This document shows positions 10,201 through 19,136 of a DNA stretch of 64,000 nt, in pieces. The stretch comes from Candidatus Parcubacteria bacterium. Its GTDB lineage: Bacteria > Patescibacteriota > Minisyncoccia > UBA6257 > JAGOQP01. The notes under the pieces were generated by a model that ran no database searches, was not told where the DNA came from, and saw nothing but the letters and a program-made list of their open reading frames with translations. Each line of letters starts with the position of its first letter. The first letter of the stretch is position 1. The position numbers were made by a program, and so were the translations under genes. The stretch lies in NCBI GenBank assembly GCA_025999395.1, contig AP024682.1:173638-237637 (forward strand). The letters run 5' to 3'.

Positions 10201-12349
10201 ATGAATTATCTCCTGCCGGCCAAGAGGGGGAAGCTAAAACTTCATCGGCTAAATTGCAATTGGGGTCAAAAAGCCTTAAATCCTCCCCCGAGTTTGCTAA
10301 AGAGCCAGTGTAAATTAAATCGGCTGAAACAGCAGGGACACTGTTATCATCGGTTCTTTCCAGTAAGAGAAATTTTCCCGGAAGTAAAGTTTTGGTAGCC
10401 GCTTCTTTAAGATTGATTTTAATTTCTTCGTTTTTGTCAACAATTTGCCAGCCAGAAAGATTGATGGGTTGAGAAGAGATGTTTTTAATTTCTATCCATT
10501 CATCGGAAGCGCTTTGAGTTGTCCCCATCCAGGCAATTTCGTTGAAAATAAGTGATTGTCTTTGAGGGGATTGAGTGGTTGAAAAGGAGCAGCTTTTTTC
10601 CTGAGAGGTTAAGAGGGTTAAATTTTTCTCATCTTGCTCTTTTTGTACTTGATTTTCTTTTTCCAAACATTTGTTTGGCGACCAGATGCCTTTTTGATTT
10701 TGACGAGTGCCTTTTTCTACATCCTCAAAGACATCTTCTAAGTCGTGAGGGTGATTAAAATTATAGGAATAAGCCAATCCCGCTTCTATTATCATTTGAT
10801 TAATGCTTTTGGAGGGGGAGGATTCTAGATAAACATATCTTAAAAGGCGACCAAAATTATCTTTATCTTGAGGGGAGGTTGTGTTTTTCTTTAGGAAAAC
10901 TTTTTTTCCTAAAACGAGAGAAGCATTGAAATCGCGCGCTTCTTTTCCTAAACACTCGACCTTTCCTCCTTCTGAAAATTCAGGAGCGTCAATTCCTAAA
11001 TAGCGAACTACTTGATTGTTTTCCAGTACAATAGTGTCGCCATCGATAACGCGGCTGACTAAGAAGGTTTCTTCTTTAGATGGGATTGTTATGTTTGGAT
11101 TTTTTTCTTGATTTAAGGAAAGAGAATCAAGTTTGTCTTCTTTACTTTTATTTGTCGGGAGTGATGGTGTTTTTTGAGAAGGTTGACCTTCTGTTTTTTC
11201 GTCTTGGTTAATGGTGTTTTCTATAGGAATTACGGCAACTTCTTGAAAAGAATTTTCTCTACTTGTTATTTTCTTTACTTTATTGATAATCTGATTAGCA
11301 ATTTCATAAATATAAGCCAAAACTCCTTTTTCTTTTTGGGTAAACTCGGGGTTATTTTTGTTTTTCTCTACTTCTTTAAAGAACAAATCAATTACTCCTG
11401 CTCCATATTCCACCGCTTTTACAGAAAGAAGGGACCAGTAGTCGTTCATTATCTTTTTGTTTTTATCAACTAATGACAGATTATTTTTATTTGTTATGGC
11501 ATAACCAAATCTATTGGGGGGAGATTTATATAAAGCAATTCTGTACCACCCTCCATCTTTGTCATACATTAAAATAAAAATCTCTCCGCTTTCTTCTGAT
11601 GTTATCTCTGACTGAGGTTTTTGATAACTGGTTTGTATTCCTATAGCATCTTTACTGAAAAAATTTTCGTTAGAATATTTTGCTAACTTATCAAAATAAG
11701 TCTCTAATTTCTCAAAGGATGGAATTTTATTAAGTTGGGGCCTTTTAGTTATTTCTTTTCCTAATGCGTATTCTTCATAGGGGCTACCTCTTAAATGATG
11801 ATCATTTCTTGCGTGGTCAGGAACGGAAAGATCTTCTACTAAATGAAGAATGTGTCCCAAAGTAAACATTGCCTCTTCTTTGTTTCCTTGAATCCATTGT
11901 TTCAAGGCTTTTTTCCAAATAAAAGCGCTTTCGGTAGAAAGCGCTGATATTTTTTTCTGTTGAATGGCGGTTAAGATTGAGGCAATGGTTGCGGTTATTT
12001 TATAAGTCGGGCTATTCTGAAGTGATTCGCTTTGGGCCCATATTTTTGATGACGAATATTCTATTCCTTTTATAAACAATCCTCTATTATGGATAGGATC
12101 ATAGAAGTGATTCAGCCAACGCGGGGGCTCATCTTCTTTTCTTGATCCGTCGATTAAGAAGGGGATAAGCTCTTCATCTATTTTATTTTGAGGATTATTT
12201 TGATTGTAGAAATTTACAATTTCTTTTGTTAGATAAGTATGAGTTTCTATTTCGTAGGCAAATGTTTCTTTTGATTGGTTAAAATTAATTGTAAATATGA
12301 ATAAAAAAAAGATAAAAAGAAAAATGCCCGCCTTTTTTCTTTTTAACAT
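7289..12349 (-). CDS. giant secreted multidomain nuclease: N-terminal Zn-dependent PLC/S1-P1-nuclease-like domain + staphylococcal-nuclease (SNase) domain + three lamin-tail (LTD) domains + FN3-like repeats
   Basis: signal peptide; GHILHLVEDLSVPDHARNDHH (PLC/S1-P1 Zn-site-like); SNase motif VIDGDTIV...RYLGIDAPE...FGRLLRYVY; LTD repeats IFNEIAWMGT...EWIEIKN, ILINEIMYNPSG...EWIEIYN, LVISEIQV...EFIEIYN. Confidence 0.8.
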   Translation of the reverse strand: MLKRKKAGIFLFIFFLFIFTINFNQSKETFAYEIETHTYLTKEIVNFYNQNNPQNKIDEELIPFLIDGSRKEDEPPRWLNHFYDPIHNRGLFIKGIEYSSSKIWAQSESLQNSPTYKITATIASILTAIQQKKISALSTESAFIWKKALKQWIQGNKEEAMFTLGHILHLVEDLSVPDHARNDHHLRGSPYEEYALGKEITKRPQLNKIPSFEKLETYFDKLAKYSNENFFSKDAIGIQTSYQKPQSEITSEESGEIFILMYDKDGGWYRIALYKSPPNRFGYAITNKNNLSLVDKNKKIMNDYWSLLSVKAVEYGAGVIDLFFKEVEKNKNNPEFTQKEKGVLAYIYEIANQIINKVKKITSRENSFQEVAVIPIENTINQDEKTEGQPSQKTPSLPTNKSKEDKLDSLSLNQEKNPNITIPSKEETFLVSRVIDGDTIVLENNQVVRYLGIDAPEFSEGGKVECLGKEARDFNASLVLGKKVFLKKNTTSPQDKDNFGRLLRYVYLESSPSKSINQMIIEAGLAYSYNFNHPHDLEDVFEDVEKGTRQNQKGIWSPNKCLEKENQVQKEQDEKNLTLLTSQEKSCSFSTTQSPQRQSLIFNEIAWMGTTQSASDEWIEIKNISSQPINLSGWQIVDKNEEIKINLKEAATKTLLPGKFLLLERTDDNSVPAVSADLIYTGSLANSGEDLRLFDPNCNLADEVLASPSWPAGDNSSKRTMERNQSNLAWHTSSVVGGTPRQENSSPYQQEVIRGGGSSQQSESNQTQTIRDILINEIMYNPSGSDTDREWIEIYNAGSETVKVTDLKLNENDTNHRIEFSQGLENLIPGQYAVIADNPQKFLEDFPNFNGNLFDSSFSLGNDGEIIRITYQENIIDQYQYSSNTGANGNGKSLQKIEGVWQEANPTPGQPNQKEINQVNPVVPANHLVISEIQVRGENPEDEFIEIYNPTSETISLAGYSIQYLSGQAMTFENISKKNFEDNYQISPLGFFLLANSQSKFASQADLTFSFSLSGTSKGGGIFLVKSKEKITSINDPNIEDAFFYGSPIIGENSFSSLTESNQSFERKVVLQGRCLFAQEEGEFGGNNCDTDNSSKDFYIRTQALPQNTSNLPEPRQAPSVPQNLVVNFDKESLSLNLSWEASKDFLGNSQEISYQITSPEISQSDPIQTSETKQQVFIDEVEKEYSLFVRAFDKDKMPSLVAEAKIFVPGFIKNLSFFKHPLEDQYLIEINFEDYPFIPSVYPKPTIDGWKAVVFYLNSPPLKEIRFTNSFDNKTQGISEKALSLNYLPCAGNNLPTKHEALFLADDNTHCRLQEGPYSLSLNLNQIEDKNIILPIADFSSQEKELTEKDFVSIGYYAVENLSGLGETTYKLIAADKRNFFFNKEFPLHQPPSIPANFQAQKTNGENDNFVLLSWDNSTDPDSLDEKITYQFNYHKKGEPLDNSRWQIAQKAFGQTIENGNLITTQIEPKIGPLEKGEYLFYLRAQDEIELASEPAVLSLSIEPLEIIAQAPLQSMRGNLGFKTGGSESPVSEAKVAQSFYVKNPSLIKEINLSLGSFQENPPIQAKISIQTEDDNHLPSGNKLTEIVLENISRWQGEPKFQKIILPNPLQINPGRYFLVMETQGAEEASNQYLITLINNQEAYPEEGVYLFSRLNNSWIQYLSWFNDQPFLKDIYFEIKGIIAQ

Positions 12350-12404
12350 ATTTTTTATTTTTTAATGTTTTTTGAGATTTCGATAGATTAGAGTGTTATA
12401 AGTA

Positions 12405-12992
12405 TTAGAAACTCTCTATTTTCCAAACATTAGAATATTTATTAAGAATCATTACTAACTGAAGCTCTATTTCGCCGTTAGAGTTTTTGTAGACAAATAC
12501 ATGCTCAGAATCAGAAAATTTATAGTTGTCGTCATATCTTTTTATATCATCGGCAAATCTAATAAGATTTCCGTCTTCTTTTAGTTTTTTCAGCATCTCT
12601 ACCCATTGTTTATCAATCATTCCCTCTTCATTTAACGCAAAATACTTGCTTGCTAACTCAATATCTCCCTTTTTCAAAGCTTCTATAAACATTGCTAATG
12701 TTTCTTGAGGAGTTTTTCCTCCATAAGTGTCAGCCTTCATTGCTTCTTCATAATTCTTCTGAAATTCATAAAATTTTTGATATTTTTTCTCCAAATCTCT
12801 TCCTACTTTTGCAGATTCACTTAAGTAATTATTCCAAAGATAAAATCCTCCCAGAGTTAGGAGGATTATTCCTATAAAGACAGAACCGAACTTTAAAAAA
12901 GATTTTTTATTAATAGGGGAGGAAATATTACTTTCAAGATTATTTTCTTGAGGATTGCTTTGAGGAGAAAATTGCTCTTGTGATTCTTGCAT
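12405..12992 (-). CDS. hypothetical N-terminally membrane-anchored protein
   Basis: 195 aa, Q/N/S-rich N-terminus, single TM (VFIGIILLTLGGFYLW), no recognisable domain. Confidence 0.35.
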   Translation of the reverse strand: MQESQEQFSPQSNPQENNLESNISSPINKKSFLKFGSVFIGIILLTLGGFYLWNNYLSESAKVGRDLEKKYQKFYEFQKNYEEAMKADTYGGKTPQETLAMFIEALKKGDIELASKYFALNEEGMIDKQWVEMLKKLKEDGNLIRFADDIKRYDDNYKFSDSEHVFVYKNSNGEIELQLVMILNKYSNVWKIESF

Positions 12993-13206
12993 ATTTTTTA
13001 AATTCTTAATTTTAATAAAAAAATGCTCCTCTTTAAGAAAAGGAGCATTTATTTAACAAAAGGCATAAAAGACCCCTTACTGATATTTTCTTAATTTTAT
13101 CATTTTTTAAATAAATCTAAAATTTGGTTGTGTATAACTTTTGAGAGACTCTTAAAACCCATTAAAAAACCAGAGATTCGATTACCTTCCGTTATTTTTA
13201 GCCCGA

Positions 13207-13236
13207 TTGACATCTTTTATTATTTCTTTCTATACT
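13207..13236 (+). promoter_or_regulatory. sigma70-like promoter TTGACA-N18-TATACT
   Basis: TTGACA 13207-13212, TATACT 13231-13236, upstream of 13268 ORF. Confidence 0.45.
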
Positions 13237-13267
13237 AAACTCAAGTGAGGATGGTTAATTTACTACT

Positions 13268-14029
13268 ATGTTTACCAAGGAGTTTTTCAATCAGAGATCT
13301 TTTGAGGTGGTGTGGGCAGTTTTTCGAGTGGCAGAATATATAAAGAGGGAAAAGATGAGGGAGGTTTTGGAAAACAAAGCGCTTGAGTATATTTATAGAA
13401 AGGATTTAGAGAGTTTGGCGAGTTTGGAAGATGTGGTTCGGTTAGCGGTAAATATTAAAGAAATAAGTCAAATAAACGGAAAGGTGATTTTAAGAGAAAT
13501 AGATAACCTCCGACAGGCAATCTTTGATATTTCGGCTCACCAGAACAGAACCCTTATAGAAAAAGATCCAGAAAAAGCTCCTAATGTAGAAACTATTTTC
13601 TCCAAGCCTCCTGTTTTGGCCTCAGAATTCTCAAAAATTTTAAAGGAGGTATCATTCTTTGATAATAATCACAAAAATAATCCGGCAATGCCATTAGAAA
13701 AAAGCGGCAAAGCCGAAGTTGAAAAAGATAAGGAAAATAGCCAAAATTTTGAAGTTGTTGAAAATAATCCGGCAATCGCAAACAAAAAAAGCGGCAATGT
13801 AAACTCAGTTGAAGACAAACAGATGGCTATTTTGGAAACGATTAAGGAGAGGGTTTTTTGTAGGCTAAGAGATTTAATCGCTCTTTATCCAGAAATGAGC
13901 GAAAGAACCTTAAGATACAACATTCAAAAGCTTATAGATAAAGGTTTAATAGAAAGAGTGGGAAGTGGCCCCGGATCTTTTCTTAAGCTTAAAAAGGCAT
14001 CAAAATTAGCTAAAAAAACAGCTTCTTAG
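13268..14029 (+). CDS. hypothetical protein with C-terminal winged-helix DNA-binding domain (putative transcription regulator)
   Basis: C-terminus MAILETIKERVFCRLRDLIALYPEMSERTLRYNIQKLIDKGLIERVGSG resembles DeoR/MarR-type wHTH; internal tandem duplication NNPAMPLEKSGK / NNPAIANKKSGN. Confidence 0.4.
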   Translation: MFTKEFFNQRSFEVVWAVFRVAEYIKREKMREVLENKALEYIYRKDLESLASLEDVVRLAVNIKEISQINGKVILREIDNLRQAIFDISAHQNRTLIEKDPEKAPNVETIFSKPPVLASEFSKILKEVSFFDNNHKNNPAMPLEKSGKAEVEKDKENSQNFEVVENNPAIANKKSGNVNSVEDKQMAILETIKERVFCRLRDLIALYPEMSERTLRYNIQKLIDKGLIERVGSGPGSFLKLKKASKLAKKTAS

Positions 14030-14209
14030 CTTTAAAGAAAGGGGGCTGGCTTTATTCCGGTTTCTTTTAAATTTTGAAGTTCTCATCATTCTAGCTTACA
14101 TACCTTGTAACATCTAATTTTATTTCTCGTTTTACTTTTTTAGAACCGAAAATTATTGAGGTTTATTGAACGGAAGGCTTCGATTGACTTAGTTTTTCAC
14201 AGTAAGAAG

Positions 14210-14237
14210 TTGACAGAAATTTATATTGGTTTAGAAT
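14210..14237 (+). promoter_or_regulatory. strong sigma70-like promoter TTGACA-N16-TAGAAT
   Basis: TTGACA 14210-14215, TAGAAT 14232-14237, in 670-bp ORF-free region upstream of giant surface protein gene. Confidence 0.5.
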
Positions 14238-14242
14238 GGAAA

Positions 14243-14498
14243 ATACACGGGAAGGTAATTCTTGGACGAACTGGATGAGTGATTCAGAAATGAGAGTTGT
14301 AAATTTATTCAGCTTTAACTAACTTCAGAAACAAGATGACAAGATAATAGGTTCTGTTCTCTTCTTTTTGAAAGGGTTTTGAAGATCAAAAAGAAGGGAA
14401 GGTGAGGCGGAACCAAAATTTTTTCCAAGGTTTCTTGGAGAAAAATAAATTAAACTTGTGTTTTCGCCTCACTTTCAAAAAGTGAGTTTTTGTTTTTA
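14243..14498 (+). promoter_or_regulatory. about 255-nt structured leader / candidate ncRNA ending in intrinsic terminator with an alternative upstream pairing (GTGAGGCG 14402-14409 vs CGCCTCAC 14465-14472 vs terminator stem CTCACTT/AAGTGAG + T-run 14487-14498)
   Basis: promoter-to-terminator unit with no ORF; mutually exclusive stems suggest attenuator/riboswitch-like control of downstream 14704 gene. Confidence 0.35.
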
Positions 14499-14703
14499 GA
14501 GAGTCGGATTGTTCTTTAAAAATTACCATTAATTAATGAAATAAGAGTTCTCTTTACTTATTTGCTTGCTGATTCGTCTTAACCGATGAAGCAGCAGGTC
14601 GATAATAAGTAAGCGAGAACTGTCGGGAAGTTTTTCCTTAGCTTCAAGCTAAGGGAATCATTAAAAAATTTTAATTAAAAGTAAATAAATTAAATTCCGA
14701 AAA

Positions 14704-17700
14704 ATGAGTACTACTTTTAAAAAATTCGCGTCGATTACGGTTTCTGCGGTGACAATGGTTTGGGCTTTGGGAGGAGTTTTTCCTTTCTCAGCGCAAGCTG
14801 CAACAGTTGAGGAGCTTCAAGCTCAAATTGCTCAGCTGTTAGCCCAGATCAATCTCTTGCAGAGCCAATTGACGCAGCAAGGAGGAGGTGCAAGCACTGG
14901 CACTTCTTACAACTTTACCCGAGACCTCACCTTGGGTTCAGTTGGAGAAGATGTTAGAGCTTTGCAGCAATTCCTTAATGCTCAAGGATTTACGGTCGCA
15001 ACCAGTGGCGCTGGTTCTCCCGGAAATGAGTCCACTTATTTCGGTCCCAAGACCAAAGCAGCTTTGGCTAAGTTCCAAGCCGCGAAGGGAATTTCCCCCG
15101 CTCTTGGATACTTTGGTCCTAAGACCAGAGCTTTTATTGCTACGATGGGAACTGGCACCGGAACTGGAACCGGCACTGGCACTGGAACCGGCACTGGAAC
15201 TGGTACTGGAACAACTCCAACCGGAACCGGGATTGTTTTTGCTGGCGTCTCAGTTAGCGGTGGTGATGTTCCAAAGGGAGCAACTGGTGTAACTGTCACC
15301 AAATTTGATGTTACTGCCAACGAAGCCTCTACTCTTCAGACATTAGTAGTAACCCTCAAAGGAGTAAGCTCTCCTTCTGATGTTAGCCGAGTCTACCTCT
15401 ACGAGGGAGACACTCGACTTTCTACCGGAAAGACCTTCTCTTCTGAAACTTTGAAAGCGGAATTCTCTAACTTGAATTTAGCTTTCACTGCTGGACAGAA
15501 GAGAACTCTTTCATTAGTGGTAGATGTGGCTTCGAGCGCTAACTCGGGAAGTGCTATCCAGATTGAGGTTTCCTCAGCTACCTTTAGCTCGGGAACTGTT
15601 TCTGGACTTCCTTTAGTGGGAGCTACAGTAAGAGTTAGTGGTGTTTCGGGAGCTACTTTGAAGATTGCCAACAGTGGTTCTGTTGCCAATGTTAAAGTTG
15701 GTGACACTAACGCTGTTTTGGCTAACTTCAGCTTAACCCCAGCCAACGAGCATGTTACCTTAAAGAGAGTGACCTTGCGCAACTTAGGAACCGCTGATAT
15801 TTCTACCTTTACTGACTGGGTGTTGGTAGATACTGCGGGAACCAAGTTAGCGGATGGTGTTGTTAATGGAAGATATGTAACCTTCTCTGGTTTCAACTAC
15901 ACCATTAACAACGGTACTCAGAGAAACTTTGAGGTGAAGGCTACAGTTGGGGCAGTGAGCAATCCCGGAACCTCTACAGTTCAATTTGCGGTTGATCAAG
16001 CTTCCGATGTCTATGCTGTAGGTAACTACTACGGCTACGGAGCTCAGCTGCTTGATAGCTCTGGAAATGCTTACTCAACTAATGCTTATCAGGAGACAAC
16101 TGCTATTACTGTTGAGGGTGGTCAGTTGACTTTCTCCTTTAATGGTCCTTCAGCTTCTAATGTTGCCATTAACAGCCAAGATGTAGTTTTGGCTGAATTC
16201 ACTCTATCTTCAGCAGTGGCTGGCTACATTGATTCAATTAAAGTAGCTGTCTATGCTGATGATGATGGTGACAATGATCCGTTTGATGGCAACCCTTCTA
16301 CTGCTTTTGATGCTGGGGGTTTAATCAGAGGTGATGGATCTGCCGATGTTGAGGCTAACTTGAAGGATATTAAGATTAAGAGAAAGTCAGATGGAGTAAC
16401 TGTTTGGGGACCACAAGAGCTTTCCTTGAGTGGAAACGATGCTACCCAAACCTTAACCTTCAACGAAGATGTCACTTTGACTACTGGTTCCGTTGTCTAT
16501 CAAATTACTGCTGATATCGACAACGATATGCCAGCTAGTGTAGAGATCGGTGCTTCGTTGGTTAACAATGGATTTAGCGCTTGGGATAGTCAGAACAACA
16601 CTATCACCAACGTAATTCCTTCCGTTGCCAATTTGGGAAGCATCAAGGGTAATGTAATGACCACTACCTCTGCTTCTTTCTCAGTTGCTTTGGCTTCTAA
16701 CCCAACTTCTCAAACTGTTGTTGGAGGAGGATGGGTTGATGCAGTAGGTTTGGTCTTTACTGCCGGATCAGCTTCCGATGTCACCGTCTCTTCCTTAACC
16801 TTACAAGGTATTGGAGATGATGATGGTTCTGGAGCTTCCTACACTGCTGGAGAATTCGATGATGTTGTTCAGCAGTTAACTTTGTGGGTAGGAAATACTC
16901 AATTGGGAACCGCTGTTTCTCCCAGCTCTGCTGGAACCTTTACTTTCAGCGGCTTCTCAAGAAAGATCTCTGCTGGACAGTCTGAGACTTGGGTAGTTAA
17001 AGCTTTGCCTGACACCACTTTGGGTGCAGCTACCCCTGACAAGTTCTACATTGATTTAACAAGAACAGCAGCTGGAGAGAGTACTAATGTAGGAGCAGTT
17101 GATAAAGACGGCAATCCTCTTAAGGCTACTAATAGCTCTGATTGGGGAGGAGCCAGCACCGAACTTAACGATGCTGGAGAAGTTGCTGTCACTGTCCAAT
17201 CTTCTGGCTCTTTATCAGTAATTTTGGATGGTAACGCTCCTTACAGCCAACTTCAGGTTGCTAATACTACCGGCAATGAGCTTTCTAAGTACCGCTTTGA
17301 TGCTCTCTATGAAGCTTTCAAGGTGGAGACTTTGTCGGTGGCTAACCTGACTTCAGCTGGAGCTTTAGCCGCTTCTGATGAGTTGGCAACCGTTAGTCTT
17401 TATGGAGCTGAAGGATCTGCTACTCCTTCTCCTATTGCTTCGGGATCATTAGATTCCAATGGAGTAGTGAGATTCTCTAACAGCGGTGGCCTCTTTACTG
17501 TTAATCCCGGTACTCCTTACTATGTAACAGTAAAGGCTGATGTTGCTGCTGAAGGAACTGGCTCCAGCGGTGCTGACTCTGGAGACAGCGTTCGTTTGTC
17601 TTTGTACTTGGCAGATGATAATGCAGTCACTGACTTTAGAGCGGTTGGTGTCAATTCTTCTTCTGCTGTACAAGAAGCCGACGCCGCTTCTGATAACATT

Positions 17701-18837
17701 GCTCCAGTAATCTCCAATCTTACCTTCGCTGATAACACCAGCAATGGTGATAACGATGCAGACTCGGTAGTGATTGCTGGAAACAATATGATTGTTCGCA
17801 AGTCTAAGCCCACTGTTGCCTCAACCAGCTCTTCTGGAACCTTGTCAAACGGTGAAAACACCTTACTTGAGTTCACTGTTTCCGCCTCTGGTTCTGATGA
17901 TGTTACCTTAAAGAGAATCCTTTTGGATTACTCTGAAACCGGAACCTTAGAGGTTTCTGACTGGAAGGTTTATGAGGGAAGCAGTGATATCACTTCTCAA
18001 GCAACCTTAAGAGCGGTTGGTGATTTTGATGGTAACGGCGCTTTGGATCTTGAAACTGATACTGATCTTACCAGCGGAGACATTGGTCTTTCTTCGGGTG
18101 CTTCAGCGGTAGTCTTCCTCACCTTTAACAGTGAGAGAGTAATTGCCGCCGGCTCCTCTAAGACCTTTGCTATTAAAGCCACTGTTTCTTCAGCTGGAAC
18201 TGGAGAATCAGTTACTTTGGGCTTGCGCAACGATTCAGTTAACTCCGGCACTCGAACAGCTTATGGTCAGTATCGCCAGTATGACTTCATTCTTGATCCA
18301 ACAGGAAATACTGTGAAAGTTAAGAGCTTAACCGGTAGCGACCTTGCTACTTTGGCGGTTGGTACCGAAGCTGGTTACGCATCGGCGGGAGAAGATGCGG
18401 GTAGTGGTTTGCGCCGCATTACTGGCTCCTGTGTAGCAGCAGTAGATACTGGTGTGGTTGCTAACAACACCTTCTTCTTTGACTTGAACTGCAACGGCAC
18501 CGATGAAACCGGTGAACCAACAGTAGCAGCTGCTAATGTAGAAGATGAAAGCTATGCTACTTTGTCTGGAGTTGATTTGAGCCGTGCGCCGTTGGTTATT
18601 TCCAGTGCCACCCTGATGTTCTTTGATGTCAACGGTAATGGAACCAACGACACCGGCGAAGCTGGATTGACTATCACTGGAGGCGTTACTGGTTCGGGTG
18701 GTGTTGTCTCCAACTTTGTCTGGTCTGATTCTTCAGCTGATATTCACTCCGAAACTAGCTCCGATTGGACTAATGGCTTCTATGTCAATGCTCCAACCGG
18801 AAATCTTTCTGGAGTGAAGAAAACTTTGAGCTTGTAA
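14704..18837 (+). CDS. giant (1377 aa) secreted cell-surface protein with N-terminal coiled coil, peptidoglycan-binding (PG_binding_1-like) domain, Thr-Gly linker and long Ser/Thr/Gly-rich beta-repeat region
   Basis: signal peptide MSTTFKKFASITVSAVTMVWALGG; LTLGSVGEDVRALQQFLNAQGFT...YFGPKTKAALAKFQAAKGI; (TG)11 linker. Confidence 0.65.
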   Translation: MSTTFKKFASITVSAVTMVWALGGVFPFSAQAATVEELQAQIAQLLAQINLLQSQLTQQGGGASTGTSYNFTRDLTLGSVGEDVRALQQFLNAQGFTVATSGAGSPGNESTYFGPKTKAALAKFQAAKGISPALGYFGPKTRAFIATMGTGTGTGTGTGTGTGTGTGTGTTPTGTGIVFAGVSVSGGDVPKGATGVTVTKFDVTANEASTLQTLVVTLKGVSSPSDVSRVYLYEGDTRLSTGKTFSSETLKAEFSNLNLAFTAGQKRTLSLVVDVASSANSGSAIQIEVSSATFSSGTVSGLPLVGATVRVSGVSGATLKIANSGSVANVKVGDTNAVLANFSLTPANEHVTLKRVTLRNLGTADISTFTDWVLVDTAGTKLADGVVNGRYVTFSGFNYTINNGTQRNFEVKATVGAVSNPGTSTVQFAVDQASDVYAVGNYYGYGAQLLDSSGNAYSTNAYQETTAITVEGGQLTFSFNGPSASNVAINSQDVVLAEFTLSSAVAGYIDSIKVAVYADDDGDNDPFDGNPSTAFDAGGLIRGDGSADVEANLKDIKIKRKSDGVTVWGPQELSLSGNDATQTLTFNEDVTLTTGSVVYQITADIDNDMPASVEIGASLVNNGFSAWDSQNNTITNVIPSVANLGSIKGNVMTTTSASFSVALASNPTSQTVVGGGWVDAVGLVFTAGSASDVTVSSLTLQGIGDDDGSGASYTAGEFDDVVQQLTLWVGNTQLGTAVSPSSAGTFTFSGFSRKISAGQSETWVVKALPDTTLGAATPDKFYIDLTRTAAGESTNVGAVDKDGNPLKATNSSDWGGASTELNDAGEVAVTVQSSGSLSVILDGNAPYSQLQVANTTGNELSKYRFDALYEAFKVETLSVANLTSAGALAASDELATVSLYGAEGSATPSPIASGSLDSNGVVRFSNSGGLFTVNPGTPYYVTVKADVAAEGTGSSGADSGDSVRLSLYLADDNAVTDFRAVGVNSSSAVQEADAASDNIAPVISNLTFADNTSNGDNDADSVVIAGNNMIVRKSKPTVASTSSSGTLSNGENTLLEFTVSASGSDDVTLKRILLDYSETGTLEVSDWKVYEGSSDITSQATLRAVGDFDGNGALDLETDTDLTSGDIGLSSGASAVVFLTFNSERVIAAGSSKTFAIKATVSSAGTGESVTLGLRNDSVNSGTRTAYGQYRQYDFILDPTGNTVKVKSLTGSDLATLAVGTEAGYASAGEDAGSGLRRITGSCVAAVDTGVVANNTFFFDLNCNGTDETGEPTVAAANVEDESYATLSGVDLSRAPLVISSATLMFFDVNGNGTNDTGEAGLTITGGVTGSGGVVSNFVWSDSSADIHSETSSDWTNGFYVNAPTGNLSGVKKTLSL
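15148..15213 (+). repeat. (GGN-ACN)11 microsatellite encoding Thr-Gly dipeptide repeat
   Basis: ggaactggcaccggaactggaaccggcactggc... 66 bp; potential slipped-strand length variation of surface protein linker. Confidence 0.8.
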
Positions 18838-18863
18838 GGATTAGACTCAGCAAAGATAACCAA

Positions 18864-18897
18864 AAAGAGCCCCGTTAGAGGGCTCTTTTTGGTTTTT
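18864..18897 (+). terminator. rho-independent terminator
   Basis: aagagcccc-gttagag-gggctctt + TTTTTGGTTTTT. Confidence 0.8.
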
Positions 18898-19136
18898 ATC
18901 TTTAACTCTTTTATTAACCCCCTTATTTTCTTAGTCTTTATTTATATGAGTTAGAGCTGTATAATTTTGAAAACAAACTACATCTTTGATTTTAGTTTTG
19001 TTTATATTACAATTATGTTACAGTTTAGTTTACACATAATACAAAAAGGTCGGTATTTTTTGATCTTCCCTTCTAACTACCAAATTAATTCTTCTTAGTA
19101 TCGAGAGACTTAATAAAATTAAAAAAAGTAGAAAAT

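Noticed and set aside
13019-13050. Hairpin aaatgctcct-ctttaagaaa-aggagcattt with minus-strand U-tract, 25 nt upstream of the 12405..12992 gene start
   Set aside because: No minus-strand gene upstream for it to terminate; could be a 5'UTR element but there is no supporting evidence, so it is not reported as a feature.
14330-14360. Hammerhead-like CUGGAUGAG ... GAAA in the 14.2-14.5 kb leader
   Set aside because: Core has an extra G (CUGGAUGA instead of CUGAUGA) and no convincing stem I/II/III arrangement.
15036-15320. Minus-strand ORF encoding (PV)n repeat
   Set aside because: Antisense artefact of the (TG)11 microsatellite inside the surface protein gene.
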